This document shows, piece by piece, positions 39,393-48,198 of a DNA stretch of 64,000 nucleotides; the first letter of the stretch is position 1; each line of letters opens with the position of its first letter. Source of the stretch: Neorhizobium sp. (GTDB lineage Bacteria > Pseudomonadota > Alphaproteobacteria > Rhizobiales > Rhizobiaceae); contig JBQGDG010000081.1 of the NCBI GenBank assembly GCA_052038935.1, positions 24,484 to 88,483 on the forward strand, given 5' to 3'. Under the pieces are notes generated by a model, which was not told the DNA's origin, ran no database searches, and worked only from the letters and a program-made list of their open reading frames with translations. The position numbers and the translations under genes are program-made.

Positions 39393-41555
39393 ATGGGAAA
39401 CTCGATGATCCATTCTCCACCGTCCGGGGAGCCGGAGGGCGTACCTCGTCTTTTGTTCATCTTGCGGGAGCGCCGGAAAGCAATCTTCCTCGCTATGGTC
39501 GCGAGTTTTGCGGTCGCAGCGATCGGATACGCTCGAAGTCCCACCCGATACACGTCGGAGGCCATACTTGCGCTGGATGTCCGTAAGCTTCAGGCTCTGC
39601 CGACCGAATCCGTGGTGTCGCCCCTCCCCCAGGAAAGTCCGGTGTTACGGACGGAGCTGGACATCATCGGCTCGCGGTCCATGGCCGAGCGGGTACTCGC
39701 GAACCTGCAGAAGAGCGGGGCGATCAGTCCCCAGCAGGAAAAAACTGGCAGCCCTTCCGGGCCGACCGCAGACCGAAACGGCTTCGGTCGATCGAGGCTG
39801 ATCGACGAATTGCTGGGCAATGTCCGGGTGATGAATGATGGACGGTCGTATACGATCTATATTTCCTACAGCGCCGGCGATCCTGCTTACGCTGCCAAGG
39901 TCGCCAATGCCTTTGGTGAAGCCTATATCGACTATCAGATCGACCTGCAGACATCGGCGACGCGAAGGGTCAGCGAGTGGCTGGGCGAGCGACTTGGAAA
40001 TCTTCGTGCAAAGCTCGAGGAGTCGGAACGGCAGGCAACGGAGTTCCGAGAGAAGTCCGGCCTGGTGGACACGGGGAGCACGCCGCTCCTGTCGCAGCGG
40101 CTGTCCGGCCTGAATACGGAACTCACATCGCTGCAAGCCCGGCTAGCCGGCGCGAAAGCTCGGTTGGCCACAGCAGTCGAGGTCCAGCAGAACGGCGATT
40201 CCCTCGGCTTGACCGAGGTCCTTTCCTCGCCGTCCATCCAGCTCCTGCGGACGGAACAGGCCCGGGTCATCCGTGCCATTCAAGAGATCGACGAGAGCGG
40301 CGCGCGGATGAATGCGCAACTACCCCAGCTCGTTTCACAGCTGGCGTCCCTGAAGAAGCAGATCGTCGAGGAGGTTTCGCAGGTAGTGGACAGTCTGCGC
40401 AACGAGATCGAAATCAACGAAAAGCAGCAGCAGGCTATCGAGCACAATCTCACGGATGTGCATGAGGCGATATCGACCACCAACATGGCGGTCGTCCAGT
40501 CCGCGCAGCTCGACCGCGAGGCAGCCGCCAACCGCTCCATCTACGAGACATATCTGGCGCGCTACAAGCAGACCATAGAGCAGGACGGTATCGCCACCGC
40601 CGAGGCGCGCATTATTTCCCGCGCCATGCCGAAAGCCAAACCTACAAGTCCCTCCAAGGGCCTGTGGGCTCTGCTGGGACTGCTTATGGGATGCGCCACC
40701 GGCTTGGCCTCGGCCCTCGTTCTGCATCTGACGGACAGGTCGATCGGTTCGATCCTGTCGCTCCAGCAGAAGACCGGGCTCGCGGTGATCGGCCAGATAC
40801 CGCGGGTGCCGTCCTCGGAACTGAAAAGAGGGCTCGGCATATTCAGCGGCAGCGCCGCCGATTTCTACGGGGCCTTTGCCGATCTCCAGACCTATATCCA
40901 GCTCGCGGAAGACAAGGCCAGGGTCATCGCCTTCACCTCGTCCACCGATCGGGAAGGCAAGACGTTCGTCATCGCCAATCTTGCACGGTCTCTGGCATTG
41001 AGCGGGGTCAAGCTGGTTGTCGTCGATGCCAATTTGCGAAACCCGGCCCTTCGCCGTGAGTTCGATGTGCACGCCGAACGGCATCTTGCCCGGGCAATCG
41101 GCGGGGACGCCTCGTTCGACGAGGTGATCCAGCGCGACCGTATATCGTCAGTGGACGTCGTCGTGGCGCAGGCGAGTGATTCCCCACCGAACCTCACCCT
41201 GGGCAACAAGCGCTTCGCAACGCTGATTGCCGAGCTCCGGCAGCGATATGAGGTCGTTCTCATCGATGCGCCCTCGGTTTCCTATGATCTCGACCTTCTG
41301 AGGATCACGACGCTTTCAGACACGCTCGTCCTCGTCGTCAGGCAGGAAGTTGCCGACGCGACCAGCATTCAGAACGCTCTGATCAAGCTTCGTACGGCCG
41401 GCCGGCATATTACCGGGATTGTTCTGAACGGTGTCCGCCGGCAGAAACATCGCCGCAGATCCCGCTGGCTGCGGGTGTTCGCAACGAACAGGATCCGGCC
41501 CGAGAAGCCCGTGGCCGGTACACGCGGCCCGGCCGTCATACAGAATGTGAGGTGA
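39393..41555 (+). CDS. Polysaccharide co-polymerase / BY-kinase (Wzc/ExoP/GumC-like)
   Basis: Two transmembrane segments flanking a coiled-coil periplasmic region; P..PTSP before the second TM; Walker A SSTDREGKT, A' DANLRNP, B IDAP. Confidence 0.9.
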   Translation: MGNSMIHSPPSGEPEGVPRLLFILRERRKAIFLAMVASFAVAAIGYARSPTRYTSEAILALDVRKLQALPTESVVSPLPQESPVLRTELDIIGSRSMAERVLANLQKSGAISPQQEKTGSPSGPTADRNGFGRSRLIDELLGNVRVMNDGRSYTIYISYSAGDPAYAAKVANAFGEAYIDYQIDLQTSATRRVSEWLGERLGNLRAKLEESERQATEFREKSGLVDTGSTPLLSQRLSGLNTELTSLQARLAGAKARLATAVEVQQNGDSLGLTEVLSSPSIQLLRTEQARVIRAIQEIDESGARMNAQLPQLVSQLASLKKQIVEEVSQVVDSLRNEIEINEKQQQAIEHNLTDVHEAISTTNMAVVQSAQLDREAAANRSIYETYLARYKQTIEQDGIATAEARIISRAMPKAKPTSPSKGLWALLGLLMGCATGLASALVLHLTDRSIGSILSLQQKTGLAVIGQIPRVPSSELKRGLGIFSGSAADFYGAFADLQTYIQLAEDKARVIAFTSSTDREGKTFVIANLARSLALSGVKLVVVDANLRNPALRREFDVHAERHLARAIGGDASFDEVIQRDRISSVDVVVAQASDSPPNLTLGNKRFATLIAELRQRYEVVLIDAPSVSYDLDLLRITTLSDTLVLVVRQEVADATSIQNALIKLRTAGRHITGIVLNGVRRQKHRRRSRWLRVFATNRIRPEKPVAGTRGPAVIQNVR

Positions 41556-41558
41556 ACC

Positions 41559-42815
41559 ATGCGCTCCGATGTCTTCAGAGCCTTCCTTCTCGCGGCCACC
41601 TGCGCTTGTTCGGCTGTCGCACCGTCCCACCGGTCATATGCTTTCGCTGCGGATGCAGCCGTCTATAAGGTGAGTGTCGGCGACACGCTGATGATCTCGG
41701 TCTACGGCGATCAGGGATTGACGGGCGTCTTCCCGGTCAGTGTCGACGGGACGATCGGTTACCCCCTCCTTGGAAACGTCAAGGTTGCGGACAAGGCCGT
41801 GGACGAGATCGGGGTCGAGATAGGTCGGGCGCTCTCCACCTACGTTCCAAGCCGGTCCGTGGCGGTCGCGATCAAGGAATATGCGCCGATTTTCATCATG
41901 GGCGATGTCCAGAAGCCAGGGAAGTATGAATATCGACCCGGCATGATCGTCCTCGAACTGTTCGCTCTCGGTGGAGGACTGCGTGAGCCCTCGGCGCGTG
42001 CGGATCTCTCGGCACTGCAGCTGATTTCTGCCCAGCAGGAATATGAGGACATGTCGCTTCAGTTCCTGTCGCAGGATGTCAAACGGGTGCGACTGGAAGC
42101 GGAGCTGAACGACAGGGAGTTCGAGTACAAGAGCGGGGAACTGGAACTGGTCCGGGATCCCGCCACGCTCGACAAGATCGTCGCGTCGGAGCGCAGCATC
42201 TACATGCTCCGGCTCTCCGTGATGGAGGAAGAAAAGACAAATCTCGAAATACAGCGGCAGAACTTCGGCGAGGAAATCGAGACGTTGCAGAAGGCAGCGG
42301 AATTGAGAAACGAGCAGTTTCGCCTGCTTGGCCTCGACGTCAATGCGTCGGAGGAACTCGTGACGCGCGGGGCAGCGTCCCAGGTCATGCTTCGCGAGCG
42401 CAAGCGGGAACTTCTGGCGATGAACCAGCAATTGCTCGAATCCAGTTCCTTTCTGGCACGCGCCCAGCAGAACAGGAACGAGGTCGAGCGGCGCCTGTTG
42501 GAGCTCGTCAGCAAACGCCATGCCGACGCGGCCGTCGAACTGAGGGAAATCGAACTCGATATGGTTCGTTTGAAGAAAAGAATGGCTTTCAGCCTCCAGA
42601 CGGTGGCGGAAATCGGAGCTTCGGCACGGCGCGTTCGAAGCCAGGAGCAACTGATCCAGACAAAGTTCTCTGTCGTGCGACAGCTCGCAGGCAGTTACCA
42701 GGAAGTTGCCGTCGACGAGCACACCCGCATCAGGGCAGGTGATGTTCTCCGCGTCAATCTCGTAGCCTCCGGCTCCACGGAGGGCCCCGCCGTCAGTGCA
42801 AGCAATCTGAACTGA
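41559..42815 (+). CDS. Polysaccharide export protein (Wza/ExoF-like, with a long coiled coil)
   Basis: Signal peptide; YKVSVGD, VSVDGTIGYPLLG, SLBB GDVQKPGKY..ALGGG, C-terminal RAGDVLRV. Confidence 0.9.
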   Translation: MRSDVFRAFLLAATCACSAVAPSHRSYAFAADAAVYKVSVGDTLMISVYGDQGLTGVFPVSVDGTIGYPLLGNVKVADKAVDEIGVEIGRALSTYVPSRSVAVAIKEYAPIFIMGDVQKPGKYEYRPGMIVLELFALGGGLREPSARADLSALQLISAQQEYEDMSLQFLSQDVKRVRLEAELNDREFEYKSGELELVRDPATLDKIVASERSIYMLRLSVMEEEKTNLEIQRQNFGEEIETLQKAAELRNEQFRLLGLDVNASEELVTRGAASQVMLRERKRELLAMNQQLLESSSFLARAQQNRNEVERRLLELVSKRHADAAVELREIELDMVRLKKRMAFSLQTVAEIGASARRVRSQEQLIQTKFSVVRQLAGSYQEVAVDEHTRIRAGDVLRVNLVASGSTEGPAVSASNLN

Positions 42816-42890
42816 TTTCGGCGGGGTCTGCCGCGGTATCGTCATCGCCGTTCCCGAAAGGGCGATCGGAACCATCAAGGAGAGGTCGGC

Positions 42891-43196
42891 ATGGGCGCGA
42901 CGCTTTTCCCCATGACATATAGGATGATTGGACAGGACGCGATGATCGTCATGCGCGTCGGGAAAGGACGGCAACCGGTACGGGTCACGCATGACGCGCT
43001 GGCCGATATCCAGTCTCCGCCGAGGTCCGACGCTACCCGGCTTGCCGAATATATCGAGGTATTCGCCGCGATCGCGACGGGCAAGATCGATGCTGGAGAG
43101 ATCGCCTTCGACGGGCGTGTCTGGATCACCGGCGATGATGTCCGGACTTGGCTTTTCCACCGTAAGGCCGGCGTCATTCGCCAACTGACGGGTTGA
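42891..43196 (+). CDS. Small hypothetical protein (possibly DUF1488-like)
   Basis: AAGGAGAGG RBS; pattern V.VT.DAL.D..L..Y...F.AIA..K....G.V.IT..D. Confidence 0.65.
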   Translation: MGATLFPMTYRMIGQDAMIVMRVGKGRQPVRVTHDALADIQSPPRSDATRLAEYIEVFAAIATGKIDAGEIAFDGRVWITGDDVRTWLFHRKAGVIRQLTG

Positions 43197-43470
43197 CGGG
43201 ATGCCCATCGGGTGCTGGACGGACGAGCGAGCCGATGTCGGTGTCATTTATCGGCGTAGGATCGCGCGTTGAGACGTTTCGGGCCGCACAGGACGCTTCC
43301 ATCGGGCGATAGCGACTTCGACGAGACAGTAGGTCTTCCGAACAATATGCGAGGGAGCAGCGTCGGTTTCCATTCGGCAGGATGTGGTTGCCCGTTCTTT
43401 TCCGGCAGTAGGACAATGCATGGCTGCACCCAAAGGGTGGCTTGCCGTGAATATTCCGATATTCGCCAGG

Positions 43471-45903
43471 TCAGTTCGGTAGGGACCGCGGACCGTTGTT
43501 TCCCCGTGAGAACCCGCGCCAGGTGGAGCCCATGTCCAGCCAACTATTGTCCGGGTGCATCGTCAGGAAACCACGGCTGCCTTCGAACCCTGCAGGCCCG
43601 CGAACAAATTCGTTCTCATGCAGCACGGTATTGATCCGCCTCGATCGCGCCGAGGCCGGTCCGGCCTTGAAGCCGCCGTCGTATGTCCACATCAGCTTGT
43701 AACCATCGATGAAACCATATCGCACGCCGTCGAACCGATTTCTTTCGAACACGGTGCCGTTGTAATCGCCGCCGTTGTGGTCCCAGGTCTCGTATTCGAC
43801 GCCGATATGCGCGATGTCTTCGAACAGGTTCTTGCGATAGACGTTGCCGAGGCCACCCCAGATACCGGCCATTCCCGCATCCGCAAACGTCGTGCCGACA
43901 TAGAGGCCGCTATTGCTGCGGCTGACCCGATTGTTCGAATATTGCAGGAAATACGGGCTAAGCCCTCTCGTCGAGTCGAGCGCGACAGTCATCATCCCGT
44001 GCCTCATGCGCGAGATCCGATTGCTGTCGACCACCATATCGTAGACGTTGCCGTAGAGAAGCACGCTGGTGGAATCGGAATCATGCTCGCTGTAGGTTTC
44101 TCGGCCGTCGAACGTATTCTCGAAGATCACAGCTCTGGAGGCGATCGACGCCAGGGCGAAGCGGCTGGTCTGATCCGGCACGACGTTCCAGGCGGAATCG
44201 AGAACGACGGTGGTGCCGTGGGTGGAAGCGATATGGCGATGCTGCCCCGCGCCTCTACCCCCGACGATGACCAGATCCCGGCCGCTTCTCAGTGGCTTGT
44301 CCAGTTCCGAAAGAGAGCGGAATGTCACGCTGGTCGCGGATGCGGCGACGAAATCGTTCTTCAACTGGCTGCCGACGATCTCGAAACAGATCTGTTCGCC
44401 CTTGTTGCAATCGACCTCGTTGCAGTCGCGAGGTGCGGCGTTGCGAGAGACATTTTTTTCCCAGTACATGTTCCGCATGCTGCCGAAATGCGACTGGCCG
44501 ACGAAGAACCGGCCGATACCGTGGCCGTCGCGCCGGCTCTCATCCGCATTGGTCAGCCGATTGCCGATCATCGAGAAGTCCCGCCCTCCCCAGAGCGCCA
44601 CGACGGATTCTCCGTCTCCCGTCATACGGAACAGGTTGTTGGAGAAGAACACCTGCCGGCTAGAGCCGTAAAAGGATCCGTTTTCGATCAGTTCGGAATT
44701 GTCGATCCACAGCCCGTAGGCGTCCTGCGCATCCAATGCCGCGGCTCCCCATGCATCGATCCTGACGGAGTCGAAACGCGTGTTCCGCGCCGCGTAGAGA
44801 AGCACCAGCGGTCCGCTGTCGGCACTACGCCTTCCCGCAAACGTCAATTGCTGAAACCGCACATCGTCCCCAGGGCTGGCGATCAGGCTTTCATGGCGTC
44901 CGCCATCGAGACGGATCTGCGTCTTGTCCATCCCGTCTCCGAGCCACGAAACATTGGAGGGAGCGCGCAGCGTGTCCGAAACCCGGTATTGTCCCTCGGG
45001 AAAATAGATCGTCGCTGGCGCTGAATTCGAAGCGGTGTCGAGCGCCTCTCTGATCACCCCGGTATCGTCTGCAATTCCGTCGCCGACGGCGCCGAGCTTC
45101 CGAACGTCGATTATCCGGGTTTCATGGCCGAACCAGATCGATCGGGCGAGGATGTCGAGTTTCAGCGGGCCGCTCCAGCCGTAGCGACCGCCATGCCCGT
45201 TATGCATCCAGATTTCATAGGCCGCGGGCGGCAGATCGGGTATCGCGAATTCGATCCGGAACGGACTGGCCGAGACAGGCGTCAAGTATGTGCCCGGGCC
45301 ATCTGCCGGCTTGATGTAGATCCGCGGTAGCGTCTTGCTCCCGGGCATCGTCAGATTGCGACCGTAGACGGACACGAGCGAACCTGTGGTCGCCTTTTCC
45401 GGACCGATCCACCATGCCTCAGTCCGGTTGACCGCCATGGGGCGGCCATGCAGCCCGCCTCGCGACGGCCAGATCATATACATGGATCCGGACGGCAGGG
45501 TTGCCGGCAGGAGAACGGTCGCAGCCGTCGTGTCGGCCGTCAGCGGCTTCACGGTAACGACGTCACCTTTCGGTTGACCGGGTGTCTGGGAAAAGATGTG
45601 AAATGCGGCATCTTCCAGTCCGATGCCGGTCATCGTGACTATCTCGTCGCTGTCCGCGGTCCTGGAGATTTCCGCAATCTGAGGAGCACTTTCACTGAAG
45701 TCGTAAAAGGGCGGCTCATAAATGCCGAGCTCTTTCGGCGCGTCTGGTACCGGTACCGGAAAAGACGGGCCGGTCTCTTGCGGTTCGGCTTCGGGCGTGT
45801 GGAGAGCATCTACCAAAAGAGGTATCGCTGGGACGGGTTGAGCAGGTTCGAGGATCATCACCGCAATAAAGGCGAGCATAAAGGCAGGCCGCCGCATCTT
45901 CAT
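43471..45903 (-). CDS. Secreted right-handed beta-helix (pectin-lyase fold) protein, putative polysaccharide depolymerase/modifier
   Basis: Signal peptide; Ig-like N-terminal region; IDVRKLGAVGDGIADDT..IYFPEGQY; Asn-rich repeats (SNNLF, GNRLT, ENTFD, SNRIS, RNRFD). Confidence 0.8.
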   Translation of the reverse strand: MKMRRPAFMLAFIAVMILEPAQPVPAIPLLVDALHTPEAEPQETGPSFPVPVPDAPKELGIYEPPFYDFSESAPQIAEISRTADSDEIVTMTGIGLEDAAFHIFSQTPGQPKGDVVTVKPLTADTTAATVLLPATLPSGSMYMIWPSRGGLHGRPMAVNRTEAWWIGPEKATTGSLVSVYGRNLTMPGSKTLPRIYIKPADGPGTYLTPVSASPFRIEFAIPDLPPAAYEIWMHNGHGGRYGWSGPLKLDILARSIWFGHETRIIDVRKLGAVGDGIADDTGVIREALDTASNSAPATIYFPEGQYRVSDTLRAPSNVSWLGDGMDKTQIRLDGGRHESLIASPGDDVRFQQLTFAGRRSADSGPLVLLYAARNTRFDSVRIDAWGAAALDAQDAYGLWIDNSELIENGSFYGSSRQVFFSNNLFRMTGDGESVVALWGGRDFSMIGNRLTNADESRRDGHGIGRFFVGQSHFGSMRNMYWEKNVSRNAAPRDCNEVDCNKGEQICFEIVGSQLKNDFVAASATSVTFRSLSELDKPLRSGRDLVIVGGRGAGQHRHIASTHGTTVVLDSAWNVVPDQTSRFALASIASRAVIFENTFDGRETYSEHDSDSTSVLLYGNVYDMVVDSNRISRMRHGMMTVALDSTRGLSPYFLQYSNNRVSRSNSGLYVGTTFADAGMAGIWGGLGNVYRKNLFEDIAHIGVEYETWDHNGGDYNGTVFERNRFDGVRYGFIDGYKLMWTYDGGFKAGPASARSRRINTVLHENEFVRGPAGFEGSRGFLTMHPDNSWLDMGSTWRGFSRGNNGPRSLPN

Positions 45904-45991
45904 TCGAACTCACTCCGAAAAACGCGCCCTGGTGAAGATGCCGACATGGATGCTGGCGGGACCGACCACCGCGTCGTCGTCCCACAGATCG

Positions 45992-46198
45992 TCACGGCTG
46001 TTTCCCGGCGATTGTCGGGCGGACCTCCGTGGCGGGTGACATATCCCACGCCGAACGGGGTGGAACGTAGATTCCGGATGTGGGCGCCAGGGACGAGGAC
46101 ATGTCCCTTGATGCCAAAGGAGTGGATATTGCCGCGCCGCGCCGCATCTCCATCCATTCGTTCTCGAGACGGTTATAGACTTCCGACGTTATCGGCAT
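45992..46198 (-). CDS. Possible small protein (68 aa, MPITSEVYNRLENEW..)
   Basis: GGGGAAAGG upstream of ATG 46198; fills the gap between fcl and the beta-helix gene. Confidence 0.3.
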   Translation of the reverse strand: MPITSEVYNRLENEWMEMRRGAAISTPLASRDMSSSLAPTSGIYVPPRSAWDMSPATEVRPTIAGKQP

Positions 46199-46263
46199 GA
46201 TGCCTTTCCCCGTATAGATCCGCTCTTTGCAAATGTTCGTTGGGAATGATCCCGCGAATGCCC

Positions 46264-47283
46264 CTATCCGACCTCGAGCTGGACGGCTGCTGACCTGCCG
46301 GCACTCACCGATGCAGCTGCGGACGTCTCGCGCAGCCAACGGTCGTAAAGGTCTGCGATGCCGTGCCTCAATTCGACTACGGGCTTCCATCCCATGTCAT
46401 TCAGCCTCGACGAGTTGAGCAGCTTCCTGAACGTTCCATCCGGCTTGCTCGTGTCGAAAACGATCCGGCCTCGAAACCCGACGATGTCGGCGACGAGATA
46501 GGCGAGATCGCGGATCGAGATTTCACTGCCGGAACCGATGTTGATGAGCGGCACATGATCGCGGCGCCTCATCAGGAAGCAGCATGCATCCGCGAGATCG
46601 TCGACATGGAGAAATTCACGGAGCGGTTCACCCGTGCCCCACACGCTGACGCTCTCTTGGCCCGCGAGCTTCGCTTCATGCATCTTTCGCAGCATCGCCG
46701 GTATTACGTGGGAATTATGCGGATCGAAATTGTCGTTCTGGCCGTAGAGGTTCGTCGGCATCGCCAGCACGGATCTTATTCCGTATTGGGTGGCATAGGC
46801 CTCCGCCAGCTTGAGGGCAGAGATCTTGGCGATGGCATAGGCTTCGTTGGTCGGCTCCAGCGGCCCGGTCAACAGGGACCGCTCGTCGATGGGCTGGGCC
46901 GCAAATTTAGGATAGATGCAGCTCGAGCCCAAGAGCAGCAGCTTCTCCACACCGATGTCGGCGGCGGCCTTCATGACGTTCATTGCGATGAGCATGTTCG
47001 TGTAGAGGAAATCCGCAGGATAGGCTGCATTCGCCGCGATGCCGCCCACCTTGGCCGCCGCGACGAAGACCACATCCGGCCGGGCCGCCTTGATCCATCG
47101 TTCGGTGTCGGATTGCCGCGTCAGGTCGAGCTCCTGCCTGGAGACGGCAAGGATATCGCAGCCTTCGCGCTCCAGCCGCCGCACGAGCGCCGATCCGACC
47201 ATTCCCTTGTGGCCAGCGACCCAGACGCGCTTTCCCGTGAAACTGAAGACATCTCTATCGCTTGGCTCCGCCAACGAGACCAT
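46264..47283 (-). CDS. fcl: GDP-L-fucose synthase
   Basis: GHKGMVGSA, AAKVGGI, LGSSCIYP, EPTNEAYAIAK, PTNLYG, SHVIPA, REFLHVDD, KPDG. Confidence 0.95.
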   Translation of the reverse strand: MVSLAEPSDRDVFSFTGKRVWVAGHKGMVGSALVRRLEREGCDILAVSRQELDLTRQSDTERWIKAARPDVVFVAAAKVGGIAANAAYPADFLYTNMLIAMNVMKAAADIGVEKLLLLGSSCIYPKFAAQPIDERSLLTGPLEPTNEAYAIAKISALKLAEAYATQYGIRSVLAMPTNLYGQNDNFDPHNSHVIPAMLRKMHEAKLAGQESVSVWGTGEPLREFLHVDDLADACCFLMRRRDHVPLINIGSGSEISIRDLAYLVADIVGFRGRIVFDTSKPDGTFRKLLNSSRLNDMGWKPVVELRHGIADLYDRWLRETSAAASVSAGRSAAVQLEVG

Positions 47284-47576
47284 TGCGCCGCTCCCCTGAT
47301 CCTCACGTCACGACAGATGCGACCCTTCGGCGGGCCCCGGCCTTCCGGGCGTATTCGCCGGGAGGACGTCGGCAGAAACTCTATGAGAGGCCAATGACCT
47401 CGGCAGCTTGCCAATAGGGAGAAGCGGCATGCTCAAAGCTCCTCCGCATCATAAGTAGAGCTAATCTTTGACTAGCCGGAAGAGGTAGCTGCCTCCCGGG
47501 GCTTAAACGCAAACTCCTGCCAGAGCCTGCCTTCATCCGGCTTGCCAAAAATGCCGGCGATACTTCCCGTGCGAGA

Positions 47577-48071
47577 TCATTCCGACGAGGCGAGGAGCTG
47601 CTGCCTGTCTTCCTTGACCGTCTGCATGACGACGTTGGTCGAGGTACTCGCGACGAATGGCAACGTGGAAATCTTCTCTCCCAGCACGATGCGGTACCTT
47701 CGTATATCCCGGGTACGAACCTTCAGCAGGTAGTCGAACCGGCCTGCGATCATATGGCAGCCTTCGATCTCCCTGATCTTGCGTGCTGCCGCGTTGAAAC
47801 TTTTCAGCGCTTCTTCCCGCGTGTCGGTAAGCTTGACCTCGACGAAGGCGATATGATCGAGGCCGAGCTTTTCCGAACTGAGGATCGCCCGGAAGCCCTC
47901 GATGAAGCCTTCATCGATCAATCGCCGGAGACGCAATTGGCACGGGGTCTTGGAAAGTCCGATCCGGCTCGCCAATTCGGTAATCGACAGTCTGCCGTCG
48001 GAGGACAGCTCCTGCAGGATTTTCAGATCGAACTGGTCCAATTCACCAGTATCGCCATCTTTAAGTTTCAT
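47577..48071 (-). CDS. putR: Lrp/AsnC regulator of proline dehydrogenase
   Basis: LDQFDLKIL..DGR, LSKTPCQ, CHMIAGRFDYLLKV; divergent from putA. Confidence 0.9.
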   Translation of the reverse strand: MKLKDGDTGELDQFDLKILQELSSDGRLSITELASRIGLSKTPCQLRLRRLIDEGFIEGFRAILSSEKLGLDHIAFVEVKLTDTREEALKSFNAAARKIREIEGCHMIAGRFDYLLKVRTRDIRRYRIVLGEKISTLPFVASTSTNVVMQTVKEDRQQLLASSE

Positions 48072-48198
48072 TTTGAGCTGTCAGTCTCCGATATTTAGGC
48101 GATATGTGTAGAATAAACCGAAAAACTGGGCAACCTGAAAGCAAGGCGTCATGCTATTGTCCGCGCCACGTGGCGCCTTCGCGATAACCGGAAAAACT

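Noticed and set aside
47284-47576. Possible gmd remnant upstream of fcl
   Set aside because: I could not recognise Gmd-like residues in the spacer; only short dyads such as GCTAATC-TTT-GACTAGC are visible.
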